A DNA stretch of 64,000 nt from Laetmonice hystrix. Taxonomy: Eukaryota. The DNA lies in NCBI GenBank assembly GCA_965235115.1, contig OZ249439.1, forward strand, positions 14,570,001 to 14,634,000, read 5' to 3'. This document shows, one piece after another, positions 37,224 to 51,465 of this stretch (within the stretch, counting starts at the first letter, position 1; the number at the start of each line of letters is the position of its first letter). The notes beneath the pieces were generated by a model. It had not been told where the DNA came from and ran no database searches. It saw nothing but the letters and a program-made list of their open reading frames with translations. The position numbers were made by a program, and so were the translations under genes.

Positions 37224-38342
37224 ATGCTGGCCGCCTGACGACGAACGCCACGCCGGCAATGAGGGAGCACCATGAGTACCTCACACCACACGTGCATCTG
37301 GAAGGTTTAAAGACCCCCCGACCACCTTCCCATTACTTCAACAGGCGGCACCATAGTGCGCCCCACGTGTCCCAGTTTTGTAATTGATTGTTCATGCCAT
37401 TCAACCAAGCAGGAAACGGTCAGGATGACCAGCGCCGAGGGACGCCTGCCGAGTGCGTCACAACTCCGCAGACGACATTTGCAGGGTGCGATGAGTTTTA
37501 GGAGCCGTACACGGCGTCCCTGAGGAGCAGTTATCGGGCTGGAGAACTTGCAACTAAACCACGCCATTATTGTCTAAGAGCCTTGGAAGTATCTCTCGGT
37601 CAGGAGTACGGTACCACTGCCATAAAACTGTTAACAGACATCGACGTCTGAAGAACTAACGGCCCAACCCGGCGCTTAATCCAAACACTGGTGATCAACA
37701 TGGCACACCCGTCATGTTCACCGCACACTGGTGATGCTCAGGAAACGTAGCATTGAAAGAACAGCTTGGTCCAATTCCTTCACGCACAAACGCTTACGTA
37801 GAATGTATAATGGAACTCTGGAAGATGATCCTGTATCCCAAAGTAATCCTCGTTAAACCATCTGCTTATCCTGTCTCAAGAAATTACACGCAGGCACAAA
37901 TCAATTTCATTCACGTATCACAGCATTACCTATAGGGTATTGCTCACACGCGAAGCAAAGAACACAATTCGATTATAGAAACAGAGAGAAATTGTATATG
38001 CTGTAAGCTGTTCATTTGTATGCGAGCTTCTCTGAAACGAATAGTATTCAACTAAAGGGCCTGTGTAGGATTGCCAGGGACATTGCCTGGCTCACTTATA
38101 CTTTTATAATCCGGTGAATCCGAAGTTGAATGTGGGAAGAAAGAGCAGCCATCTGATCCGGAGGATTAACGGCCAGATGAAGCCACTGATGGATGGAAGC
38201 CAGCCATCTTGACGTGATCGACACTATCATTGGTCGACATGCGCATGGCACTCGTATCTTATCTTTGACTGTGAACATTTATCAGGACCCTGGTCCCTGG
38301 CTCGCACCCAGCTCTCTCTCTCACAACAACCGGGTTACTTAA

Positions 38343-38716
38343 GCCCGCCGCACATTGTCACGATTTTGTCCAATCCGAGCCGACTCAACTGGAGCCGACT
38401 CACGACTGCCCTCTCACACCTTTCCGACCAACCCTAGCGGGTATTTCGGGAATCAACGTCATGACGCGTCACATGATCTTGTGGTGTGCTGTGATTGGTT
38501 GCGACTGCCGACTGCAGTTGGCTCAAGTCATTAGCCCTCGCACACTGTCACGACTTCAGCCAACTGCAGCCGACAAGTACAGCTCCCGATTAACATTTTG
38601 AATCGGCCGCGATTTGGTCCAACTGCAGTCGAGAGGCCCCTCACGGTGGGTTTACGACTGGTTCACGACGGGTAGTTGGGTGGAGTTGGCTAAAATCGTG
38701 ACAATGTGCGGCGGGC
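38343..38716. mobile_element. 374-bp MITE with 25-bp perfect TIRs flanked by TTAA
   Basis: gcccgccgcacattgtcacgatttt pairs with aaaatcgtgacaatgtgcggcgggc. TTAA lies at 38339-38342 and 38717-38720, and there is an internal partial copy of the TIR (cgcacactgtcacgac). Confidence 0.88.
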
Positions 38717-41700
38717 TTAAGACATCCTGGTGGCCAGAGTTTAGTACAATGAAACGCTGATATGTTGTTCAACATGTAGTATTTGTTAGTTGATATGTCG
38801 TCGCACATTAATTCTAATTTGTTTCATCGCACATTTGCATGTATCATGTTACATGGCATTTGAGCTTCCGGTTTAAACAAAAGTTAAATGTCAATGCTGT
38901 TCCATCCCATTGGCCGTGCAGGTGCTATAGGAACTCTGGTATAGAGCAATGTGATTTCATGCCCCCATAATTACTGTCCGGCTGCTTTCACCTCATTTCC
39001 TGACTCTATCTGCCAGTGCCTTTCCTAGTAATGAGGCGTGAATATATCGTTAGCTGCCCTTCACGTTCTATAAAACCTCAGCGCGCAATGCCCGTAACCC
39101 ACCCAGGTAGTAACATAATACGGCCTGACCCTATGCTCAAGTCACTCCGTCCCGCCGAGCTCCGGCATCGCTCCTGCTTCAAATACTTTGTGTGCAATCC
39201 CCGTTCGAAGAGCACACACCAGGGCAATCACGGAGTCCTGGGGCCTGTCAATGTTTATGCATGTAATGATAAAACATTTCTCGGGGCGCCAAGGTTTTCG
39301 CTTGTGTCAAACACTTGAGGTCATTCTGCACTCTGCCGAGCAGAATTAATGGCTGAAGATGCTGCAGCTTTTGTTTAAATGTCGGCTTTCCCAGGTGTTT
39401 GCGTGTAGGCCATCTGCCACCTGCCCGCACCACCTGTTATATGTGTCTCAGGTGTCGTGTCGGCGTGTCTACAAGTGGACGGATTCACCATCAATCACCT
39501 GTCCTCACCTCCTGGAGATACGTCGTCTCCGGAACGCGCTGCTATATTACAGCTCGACCCGGACCCCGCCATAGGATCGCCTCGCAATTAACCGCCAATA
39601 CAGCAATAAGAGAAGGAGGGCGGCCTCCCCACGACTGCCAGAGGTGCCGCAGTCTGGGCCGGCAGCTCCTGCCTCGGGCTTGGCGTCGACATCGCCGAAA
39701 CCCACCTATAGTCCGGTCTGGACGGTTTGGCAAGGCGCTTACCTGACCTTTAGTTATCCGTCTTACCGTTATTTCCCGCTAGAGGTCGCTGTCCGCATCC
39801 GCCGCCGGCGGTACGGGCGCGGTAACGTCGCCCGCTGGGACCCAACAGAAGCCATTCCTTCCTTCACTTGTTCCCCCTTTAACCCTTTGAAAAGAAGCAC
39901 AGAGGGGCCCTGCGACCAGCATTCCGCCAGCTCGGGCCAAGGGACCGACCAGTGACGAATGTGTATTGTGTCGGCTGGGTCCGTCGAAACTCTTTGTTAA
40001 CTAGAAACCCCGACATTTCCTCTTCACACAGAGTCAATCATGCTATCGCCACCCAAAGTTGATCCCTACGGCCTCCTCCGGATAGCAAAAGAGACAAGTC
40101 ACGTGCTACACCTTCTATCGGAAAGCCCCACCCCCAAGCGTCCCTTATATTTTACAGTAGTGGTACAATAACTAACGGCTGTAGGCGGGAATAAATTAAC
40201 CCCTTTCTATATTATCACTGCCCATGTCCCACGACAGGACACTCAAAGGGGTCTGCTGTCGACACTTGAGCTGACTTCAATGCTGGTGTCTTGATGCTGT
40301 TATAAAAATGTCACTAGGACAGTCAGTTAGGCCCGCTGCCAGTCTCTGATGCCTGTATGATTAACATGACGACCATGGCCTTGTGGTAAAGGCTTCCTTC
40401 GAGCTCTCTTGACTCTAGAGAAAGACCTAGTTATCCTCTCCGACCTCGTCCGCTCAGCTTGAAGAGGCTCAGCAAGGCATCCTCCAAGTCAAGATCTCTG
40501 TAATAAGACTATGCTGTCAGATTGCGAGAAGGGCTCATTGTACTTTCGGAAAGATTCTATTAAGAGCCAGCTCCTTAGAATGATAATGCGTTTTCAGCGT
40601 GCGCAGTTTGCTGGCCGCACGGGTGTCAGCCACACGTATGTCGAGCGCCACTGTTCGGAATCCATTAGTGTCACCCCATTACCCGTGACGTCACCTTTAA
40701 TATTCGCAATTCAACACCCCTGTTTGCGAGTCTTAGAACACCACTCCGTCTCCGCTACTTGGCGGAGCTCATTGTGCTGGTAACTGGCTTTGTCCTAGTT
40801 GGCAATCTGTCATATTTATCCGATTTGCAATGTCATGTAAGTGAAACCGTCGCACTTCACACTTTAATACTGTTTTAAGGACTTGCTTGATATTCCGGCC
40901 TGAATGATTATACATTCTTTTTAACAATATGTTAGTTTGATGAATTGTTTGTAGCATAAACTGAAGAACCTAGCAAACTAACACTAGCTTTGATTATGTT
41001 GGGATAGATTAACGAGTAATTGTAACAGTACGAACCGTATACTTTCCGCAGCTAACGCTTCATCACTGTATTCTAGTATTCGAGAAGAGAACTAGGTATG
41101 CAAAATTTTACATCAGGTATTCTAAGCCTGACTTCAGCTTTATTATATAGGATTCAAAGTAAAGAAAAAATCACTGCTACAGATTTGCTACACATTGGTA
41201 TTATAACTTACTTTTTTTTTGGGGGGGGGGGGGATCCGACTACAAGATTTTACACCCGTGTTAGGCTTCTGTGAAGTAGAGAATCTAAAGATTTCCCCCC
41301 TTTAGACACAATAGGTCTAATTACGCCATATCACAACCGGTGATCCAATAAATGTCGACCCGGTCCTCCAACCCACTCCCCCACCCACCGCGACGACTTG
41401 TCAGCCTAGCTGTTTGCATGTTGGCGTCGGTATTAGGAGGAACTCGAGTCACGAGGGAAGAAATCGACCAGAGCTGTTCTTAAAGAACCACTGTATGGGG
41501 CGTCGACATGGGTGTGGTGTACTTCCATTCGATATCTGGGGCGAGTAGGGGCCATATTCTCCCCAGTATACACAAAGTGTATAGTATAAACCCCGATCGC
41601 CCCCCCGGCATACCCAATATACAGCCACGTGCCCCCAGCGTCACCCAGTGTACCCAGTTTACCATTTTTACCCCTGGGTGTCTCCGCTTGGGAGGCGGGA

Positions 41701-44700
41701 AAGTATTGCCGTATATGTAGTTGATAACAGGTTTACCGGTAACAATGCAGTAGAGCCTTTTTTTCAAGGATACAGTTTCCGAATATTTTCAAGTCAAGTT
41801 GCCGGAAGTCTATCGGAAATTTATAGATGGACCTTTCCCTCCCAATGAAGGAATGAAATAACATTTTGTTTATATAAACAAGCTCTTCGTGGCTTCTCGT
41901 TTGTTTATAAATAAGTTGATCCCTGAAATCGGACAGCGAGGACGAAACTTATATTATTGCGATTAGTCTTCGTTTGTCTTAAAGCCATCTTCATAGTGGA
42001 GAATGCGATAGTAGTGTTCATTGAAACATCAGCGGGCTGGAGTAATTTGTTTTTGATGAAGTGCATGGTCGACCCACGGGCGGCGGGCCGACGATAGCGG
42101 AACTCGGCCGAACATTATTAAGTTCCACAAACCAGGCCGTGCTCCACTCCTCCATGAAGATAATTCAATGAATTCACTGTTTCTTTGATGACACGCAGGT
42201 TGTGTGGCGTGGTCCACCAGCCGCCTGTGTCCATCCTCAGAGGACAGGGACCGTCATTCGTATTCTCAGGCTGTGTGCTTGTGTACACGACGACCGATCG
42301 ATACGAGCGATCGTTCGGAGCTTGTCGTGCCCTCGGGTCAGCCGGACATACGACGATCAACACCTTCCCTGTCCACATTCAAGGTGCCATGTCGACACCA
42401 TGCCAGGGCCACGCCTGCAATACACGCTCGGATTAAAGGCAATTTACTATCAACGTAACCCTATTCCTAAAAAACACACCGGGCTGGGAATAAAGCTCTC
42501 AAGTTACTAACTTTCCAAGTTAGTTCAGTATAATTTATTGGTGTTTAAAGCCTACAGCAATAATAAAAAGATTCGACTTGTGGAAGGAACCGGCTTACCA
42601 GGGAAAACTATACCAACCTGTGGCAAGTAACTAGAAAAGTCTCACATGCGGCACAATTGAGATGGATTCTAACTCCCAGGTGGATAGAACCGGAAGAGCC
42701 AGCCAGAGTAAAAACCTTAGAGCGAAAGCAGTCCCTCCCAGTTTAGAAGACCGAATTATTGGTGGGTCATCTATTTAGTTTTCACATTCAAGGTTTAAAA
42801 GGTAACAATTGCCATCAACGTCATTTTGGTGGCAAAAGCTCGTAATCGTTAATGCGGCACACAGAATGAAACCTCCATTGGTAATCGCAGTTACAGAGCA
42901 ATTAAATTGTCACCTGAACTCCTAACATATTTAAGGATGGACTTCAAAGTCTCACTAGCTTTGGAAGTCTATACCTTTAGAAATTTGGACGGCGATAAAA
43001 CGAAGTCACATTGATGACGTCAGTTATTTTGGGGGTCATGTGCCTCTGAGCTACCAATGCGCCATCTCCATGCAACACAATGGCCAATCAGCGCGAAGCT
43101 GTCCTTCGCTGCAGGCCTGCACATGTACTGATAGCCAATCAGAATCATGTAATTGCATCGTACCTCATCATTACCCATGAAGCTGGGGTCACATGCTGAT
43201 GTAATGTAGGGCATGTTGGACAAAATCAACTACGTATGTACGGATTTTTGTCGTAACAGGAAACAGATTCGATATACAGTATGGCCAGCATACTTTACAA
43301 GAAATCAGGGTGCGATGGCGTAGTCAACGAAAATAAAATAAAGAAGGCGCAAGGTCTTAGTACTGGGGCATGGCCTCTCGCATGAAGGGCGACACTGACC
43401 TGGGAACGTCTATTGTGATGCATCATCGCCAACCCCCAGCCGGGAATGGTCCTGTGTCCCTGTCACTACGCCACACTGTCTGTATAATTTATCATTTGAT
43501 ATAGATAGTTAAATTTCATTACATTGCAATGGGACGTTCATCACAATTCTCAACTGGCCTCTATCAATTCTATCCATTTAGGGGTTACATTTGATTCAAT
43601 AAACAGTGCTTTATTTAGGATATAATTATTATAGACTCGTATATTATCTCGTGGGCCCTATATATAAAGATCAATCTAGATGATAAATCACGACGAACCC
43701 AAAGAATGGATTGGCTTTTTTTTTGCAGCTGGAAAATGAATTCTCAGTTCCCTCACACTTGAAATGTAAATGTACCATTGTATATACCAACATCCACACC
43801 CGAACGAGTCACTGCTTTCTAGCATCTGTCAGTCATGCACATGGTGGCCGCTGGCTGTATCTTCCCTGTAAATGACTGGGATGCAATCACAAAATTATGT
43901 CTATGGTAGGCAGTTGCGTAAGCTGATCAGGACGCGTGGAATTATCCATGCGGGATGCAGCCGAGATTCCGATAAATCCGGGCTATTCCAGCAAAGCTCG
44001 TCCTTAATCTACTTAGACCGTACGTCGACGGTTATTAAACTTTTACGATGGGCTGGAATTTTATCGGTGCGGCCTCATGTTGTGAGTACACTTTACCAGG
44101 CGTGATGGTGCCTTCCAGGCTGGCGAGAATATTAGCTAAGTACACCTGGTTGGGCGTGAGGTTGACGTCATCTCGGACAACAATCTCCATACCTGCTAAA
44201 CCATTCACACTGACATTTCTTCGTGTCACAATTAGCATATCCTATTGGAATACGCTTACGTTGGAGTTATCGATTGTCCCGCAATTCTACTCCATAGGAA
44301 CGCTATCAGGTGCCGGTTGTGGCGAGGACCCGCTCGCACACATGTTATACTGTTCTTGGATGGGTGGAGAATTAACCATACAATTAGTTTCCGCCACCAA
44401 TGCACCTGAACATTTTCTCTATACCAGGCGGCAGCTACTTCATGTACATAAGTACATTAACCAAATTCAGAGACTTGTCGGAAGTGCTTAATGGCTTTCC
44501 CAAAAATCTCCTTGTGAATTTTCAGCTTCGATTTCCATTTAAATGTGTTTGAGTTTGAATCTGTTTGCCTAGGTATTGCATGTCCGCTGGGAGACAACAT
44601 AAATCGAATGGAAACTTGCAAATTCATCCCGTCAGAAGCACGATAGAAAATAATAACAAATAAAACATGGTCGTGGTCTATCGGACCTGTATCAATCATG

Positions 44701-46519
44701 CTTTGAAAGCCTATTCTATGCTAAATTATGGTATCAGTGGATGGGGTTGACAGACACTTATAACAGATCGTTTGACGAATGTTTGAGTTATGTTGTTTTA
44801 AACGACAATACTGCCGAAGGAAGTTTTGCCATGAAATACCGTCGGAATCGATTTCAGGCGAAATATTTACCTGTTAAGATTGATCTTAATCAGAATATTG
44901 GCCACATAAAAGCTCAAGCACAGTATCTATATGGGAAAGGAGCATATATATTTATCGTACTTTGTCCGGGGAGAGAGAAAACCTAGCTGGTTTGCTAAAT
45001 GGTGGTAAACACAACAAGCCAAGAGTGGTAGTTAAAGGTCATTTAATAATGATGTACAATCCAGGATTGAGGATTGAGTTTAACAACGTGGTTCCTATAG
45101 GTCACCGGCTGTCATCATCTCATTCTAATTTAAAGAGCCAACATGCGCCCAGACGGAAACGATAGTATCAGTGACGTAGTCAACCACATGGGTGGCTCTT
45201 TCAGATCAGCATTGGTAGAAAGGTGTACCGCATTGTGGGTAGTGGGGATTATAGCGCGCGAGACCTGAATCAGGAGCCTCTTGTCGGCTGGCTGGTAGGC
45301 TGGTAGTTCCTGCCAACATGGCGGCAGATGCTCCAGTCCGTGCTGTCTTTGAGGGCCTCTCTGAGTAGGGCGTTTGACAGGGTACATGTAGTTCCTTTTT
45401 TGTGTAATTTTACATCGTGGAACTTGTCAATTCGTCTAATTAGGGAAGCTCAACTCGTTATTACTGATTACTCCATTATGTAACGTGACTAGTCAACCTC
45501 ATTCCCAGCGGTGGAACATCGGTGTCAAAAAAGTTGACTATAATGAAGATACGGAGAGAGTCGCTAGGGCTCCACCACTCAGTCGGAGGGAATGCTGCTG
45601 CCTTTCCTTGCCCTTCTTTATTTCCAATTTGGTCTCGCGAGATCTGTCACGTGGACGTGCATCGATTAGTGGGGTAGATGTACGTTACAAAGGCCGTACG
45701 ATCAGCGGGCGGCTGAGGAAATGTCTCTGGCAGTATATACACGAGGCGGCCATGGGGATAGTCAGTCTATCAGGCTGCAAACCCCACATGGAACTGTGGG
45801 AGGGTAAACACTGCGGTCCTGAGAGTATGCCCACTTGACATCAGCTCCCCAGGTGGATAGTTCTCAGACTGCGATGGAAACATGAATGCAGTGCTAGCCA
45901 AACGTTGCGTGTCCTGTCAAGGCGAATGCTAGACGAAATTCATTACCCGAGTGTTTGCCGATCGCTGACCGCCCTCAGTCAGCGGTCTGATATCTGTATA
46001 GCAGGTCAGGTGAGGAATGGTCCTATTATTGAAGGCCTCGCTGATGTTAGCAGCACATGTGCCCGCACACTTGAGTAACCAGTCGTCCATCTCAACCTCC
46101 TCGAGCTGCTCCCAATATTGGAGAAGTTATGGACGGCCTATATTTTACATGTTTCATCTTCTAACCTCACGCGAGGGGGTAATAATTATCTAACAGCACG
46201 TTGGAGTCGCTGTCTTTCGCGCTTATTTATACTCGGTGCATTTCGCGGCAGGGTCGTTGGATAATCCCAGTTACTGGATTGGATCGAATGTGACATAAAG
46301 GGCAATTAGTGGCCATGTTATGGCCGTAAACCGGTCGTAAAACCACAAGGTGACGTGGGGATCTGAAGGGCCGTCGGACAGGGCGGGCGACATGAAGGAC
46401 AAAACTAAGCCTCTAGTGTCATGGCCGCTCCAACAGTCAGACACGCTTTACGGCGCCTCTGACACAACTGTCATTAACTGCTTAACCTCCCCGCAAAACA
46501 CGTAAACAAGGCATGGGCA

Positions 46520-47802
46520 GATCGCACGCGGAGAATGTGATCACCCACGTGTTATGATGTATTGATGGCGACGTCTCGGGCTCCAGTATCGCACGCGGAG
46601 AATGTGATCACCCACGTGTTATGATGTACTTGATGGCGACGTCTCGGGCTCCAGTATCGCACGCGGAGAATGTGATCATCGACGTGTTATGATGTACTTG
46701 ATGGCACGCGGAGAATGTGATCACCCACGTGTTATGATGTACTTGATGGCGACGTCTCGGGCTCCAGTATCGCACGCGGAGAATGTGATCACCGACGTGT
46801 TATGATGTACTTGATGGCGACGTCTCGGGCTCCAGTATCGCACGTGGAGAATGTGATCACCGACGTGTTATGATGTACTTGATCGCACGCGGAGAATGTG
46901 ATCACCGACGTGTTATGATGTACTTGATGGCGACGTCTCGGGCTCCAGTATCGCACGCGGAGAATGTGATCACCCACGTGTTATGATGTACTTGATGACG
47001 ACGTCTCGGGCTCCAGTATCGCACGCGGAGAATGTGATCACCGACGTGTTATGATGTTTTGATCGCACGGGGAGAATGTGATCACCGACGTGTTATGATG
47101 TACTTGATGGTGACGTCTCGGGCTCCTGTATCGCACGCGGAGAATGTGATCACCCACGTGTTATGATGTTTTGATCGCACGCGGAGAATGTGATCACCGA
47201 CGTGTTATGATGTACTTGATGGTGACGTCTCGGGCTCCAGTATCGCGCGCGGAGAATGTGATCACCGACGTGTTATGATGTTTTGATGGCACGCGGAGAA
47301 TGTGATCACCCACGTGTTATGATGTACTTGATGACGACGTCTCGGGCTCCAGTATCGCACGCGGAGAATGTGATCACCGACGTGTTATGATGTTTTGATC
47401 GCACGGGGAGAATGTGATCACCGACGTGTTATGATGTACTTGATGGTGACGTCTCGGGCTCCTGTATCGCACGCGGAGAATGTGATCACCCACGTGTTAT
47501 GATGTTTTGATCGCACGCGGAGAATGTGATCACCGACGTGTTATGATGTACTTGATGGTGACGTCTCGGGCTCCAGTATCGCGCGCGGAGAATGTGATCA
47601 CCGACGTGTTATGATGTACTTGATCGCACGCGGAGAATGTGATCACCGACGTGTTATGATGTACTTGATGGCGACGTCTCAGTCTCCAGTATCGCACGCG
47701 GAGAATGTGATCACCGACGTGTTATGATGTTTTGATGGCACGCGGAGAATGTGATCACCGACGTGTTATGATGTACTTGATGGTGACGTCTCGGGCACCA
47801 GT
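46520..47802. repeat. Composite minisatellite of 68-bp and 44/45-bp units with a 336-bp higher-order period
   Basis: A shared core (atcgcacgcggagaatgtgatcacc[c/g]acgtgttatgatgt) occurs with or without the gcgacgtctcgggctccagt module. Diagnostic variants (cacggggag, ctcctgta) recur 336 bp apart. Confidence 0.96.
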
Positions 47803-48389
47803 CATTACTAGCTTCTTCTCACGTCTTTGCTGTGGCGTCTTTCGATATTTTTTAGTCCTTTCCAAAGGAAATAAACAGAGAGCGTCACCCAGTTGGGGTT
47901 TAGCAAAGAAAGTGATTCTTTTAAGGCGTTAAGACAGGTGAATTGCCAAACATTATGGTATTGTAAACCAAATCCTTCATGTGCTCTATTAGTGACGACG
48001 ATGGAGATTTTGGGGGTCATTTCTGTCTCTACTCAGAAACATTCAGACTTGGACGAAGAGATTATGGAGTAATGTGTGTCTGACTATCACGTGAAATAGA
48101 GGGCTTTGTTATGGAATATGGCGGGATTGCTTCCTTAATCAGCAGTCTGCCCCCATTGCTGTTAGTTACGACGAAATACTAGTCGAAGCAATCGTGGAAG
48201 ACATGCTGATATGGAAAACAAGCCTCAGCCTTGGTGTACATCCACGGGATAAATTGATGGGTGTCGGAGTCGTAAAGAGGAAAACAAAATCACAACTATT
48301 CTGAACCATAATCATTATTGACGTCATTCTTTGTGAGGAAATAGATACTGGCCTGGAAGGAGATTATTGTGGTCAGAGATATCTAAGAT

Positions 48390-49410
48390 AATAATATAGG
48401 AATGATAGTAGTACCACCAGAGGGTAATAATATAGGAATAATAGTAGTACCACCAGAGGGTAATAATATAGGAGTGATAGTAGTACCACCAGAGGGTAAT
48501 AATATAGGAATAATAGTAGTACCACCAGAGGGTAATAATAAAGGGGTGATAGTAGTACCACCAGAGGGTAATAATGATAGTAGTACCACCAGAGGGTAAT
48601 AATATAGGAGTGATAGTAGTACCACCAGATGGTAATAATATAGGAGTGATAGTAGTACCACCAGAGGGTATTAATATAGGAGTGATAGTAGTACCACCAG
48701 ATGGTAATAATTATGGGAGTGATAGTAGTACCACCAGAGGGTAATAATATAGGAGTGATAGTAGTACCACCAGATGGTAATAATATAGGAATGATAGGAG
48801 TACCACCAGATGGTAATAATTATAGGAGTGATAGTAGTACCACCAGAGGGTAATAATATAGGAATGATAGGAGTACCACCAGAGGGTAATAATATAGGAG
48901 TGATAGTAGTACCACCAGAGGGTAATAATGATAGTAGTACCACCAGAGGGTAATAATATAGGAGTGATAGTAGTACCACCAGATGGTAATAATATAGGAG
49001 TGATAGTAGTACCACCAGAGGGTAATAATATAGGAGTGATAGTAGTACCACCAGAGGGTAATAATATAGGAGTGATAGTAGTACCACCAGAGGGTAATAA
49101 TATAGGAGTGATAGTAGTACCACCAGAGGGTAATAATATAGGAGTGATAGTAGTACCACCAGAGGGTAATAATTATAGGAGTGATAGTAGTACCACCAGA
49201 GGGTAATAATTATAGGAGTGATAGTAGTACCACCAGAGGGTAATAATATAGGAGTGATAGTAGTACCACCAGAGGGTAATAATATAGGAGTGATAGTAGT
49301 ACCACCAGAGGGTAATAATATAGGAGTGATAGTAGGACCACCAGAGGGTAATACATGTAATTATAGAAGTGATAGTAGTACCACCAGAGAATAATATAGG
49401 AGTGATAGTA
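48390..49410. repeat. 36-bp minisatellite, about 28 units
   Basis: Unit gtaataatataggagtgatagtagtaccaccagagg, with shorter and 37-bp variants. Confidence 0.97.
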
Positions 49411-51446
49411 TAGTACCTTCAGAAGATGTGTGGTGTTCTGATTAGTTCATTCCGCCGGTTGCGATTGTCGTTTTACCCGATCTATAGCCACCATTTCTAT
49501 TTTAATGCGATATGATTTGATATTTCTCTTTCTCTGCTCAATGTATAATATCAGAATCGTTATGCATACTTGCTTTCGATAACGATCTTTTCAACTCCCC
49601 GGTTTAATTGGTTACGTAGAGAGTCATTTGTTACTCAAGTTATTCATGCAGTGCTGTACCCCCAAAAAATTAAAATGTTCAAGTCTTAAGGTTTTGAGCT
49701 TGTTGAGAAACCAATATAGCCGCTAGGTATATTATAGCCCTAGTTTATATTTCAGTGATATTAGTACGATATCAGTGTGGATAAATCTTCTTAATGAAAG
49801 GGCACACCAAATTCAAACAGAGCCATGTAGTCTGTAACAAATAATGATAAAGTTTCTATAAATCTATCTAAAAATATCTGCGTCTAACATCATGATCATT
49901 CTAATACTGACTATTTATCATTAAACAGTATTTATAAATATACAATGAGAAAGTATCCTGGTTTGATGACATATTGACGACAGCTTGTGGTTTGTGGCCG
50001 GGTCACTTCATACTGCAGACACTTGTAGTATAACAGGTTTCCCAGTACCCAGCTGAAGATGGACTGCCTTGGCCAAGTGTGATTGCATTAGCTGGTTATC
50101 GATTGCGCCCCTAGTAGAGGCCTGGAAGGGCGGGGCCACTGAGTGGGGCTTTATCTACAGCCCCGTTATCAGTCGATCTCACGCCGATAGGGGCGAGAAG
50201 GGGTTGTTTCAAAAACAACCATAGTCATATATATTGAGCATCATATCCTAGCGGATTACAATAATGAATTGGGTATGATTGGTATTGCTTGTCGATCGGG
50301 TAAAAGCAATTTTCAGTAGCCATGGGGTACCTTAATGAAAAAAATCACGACCTTTCAATCGAAATATTTATAGACACGCATTTTGGAATCTGCGTTGTTT
50401 ATATAATGTTTTGACATGCGAAACTCTGAGAACGAGAGTTATGTTTTTTTGCTAATAATACGGTCTACCATATGTTGTTTGGACTATGTTGGATATGGGC
50501 GGAACATGTCGAGGCAGGGCAGGTTGCCTTCCAAGATCAGTGGTTGTAGGCGGCAGATCGTAGCATGACATTTAGAATCCACTGTTGTTATATAGTGTAA
50601 GATCATGCAGCAGTGGTCGGGAAAAAACGCGCTGGCGAGTCCTGCTGTCTGGATGGATTCATATGTGGTTTGGAGGGCGCGGGCCATCTTCCGCTGACCC
50701 TCGTTTTGGCGTCAGCCCGGCATCTGTGACCTTTGTAAGGCATCGCCTGATTTCCTGCATAAACACCAATAGTCACTATAGAAACCGGTGTTCTGATGCT
50801 CCCCCATGCGCTCGACTTATGTCGGGCACACGCCGACATTTTTACTGGCCAACTGTCAGTTTAAATCATACAGGCTGTAACCGCTAAAATAGTCAGATAT
50901 CATTGTGAATGTGAATGTACCCCCATATGTTTTTAGTTCTTCTCCTTTTATTAGCTTTGCCAGGCTCTAGGTTTTAATGTAACAGACACACAGGCGACTT
51001 ATCTCTGCTACAGAAAGTACAGGACAACACACAGTCACCATCGTTGTTTTATTGCCAACGTTAAAAGACTTTGTAATACAGTCCAATGTCTGACAGACTT
51101 AACCGCTGACAACCGGCCCCCAGGAAGGTCCATATTCAACTCAAATGCCACCAGTTGAACTTGCTGCTCATCCTGGTATAAGTGTGCCCGTCAAGGGCAG
51201 ACCGCCTGTGTGTGTTCATTATAACTGATCGTATAGCGGCGACTTAAAGCTTACTGAGCAGGATGCTATGGTCAGGTATCCATCTCCACCAAAGGCAGCG
51301 TAAACAACACGGCTCAGTACTCCTTTACATCTGGAAACGGTTCACGCAAAGGCGACTTGCATCTTTTATAATGTGTGACTCCCCAAATGAGCATGGCACT
51401 ACTTTAACATTTGTTGCATTGCGAGTAATACACTAAAGGGAGGTCA

Positions 51447-51465
51447 CGGCGCCATCTGGCGGTTC
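51447..51465 (-). promoter_or_regulatory. CTCF-like motif
   Basis: The minus strand reads gaaCCGCCAGATGGCGCcg, a near-consensus match. Confidence 0.5.

Noticed and set aside
42118-42378. Fibrinogen-like GGWW motif in a minus-strand ORF
   Set aside because: The required Cys spacing and the NLNG motif are absent, and there are no splice sites in fitting phase.
50101-50120. CTCF-like word ctactaggggcgca
   Set aside because: It is one base short in the G-run, so the spacing does not fit the motif.
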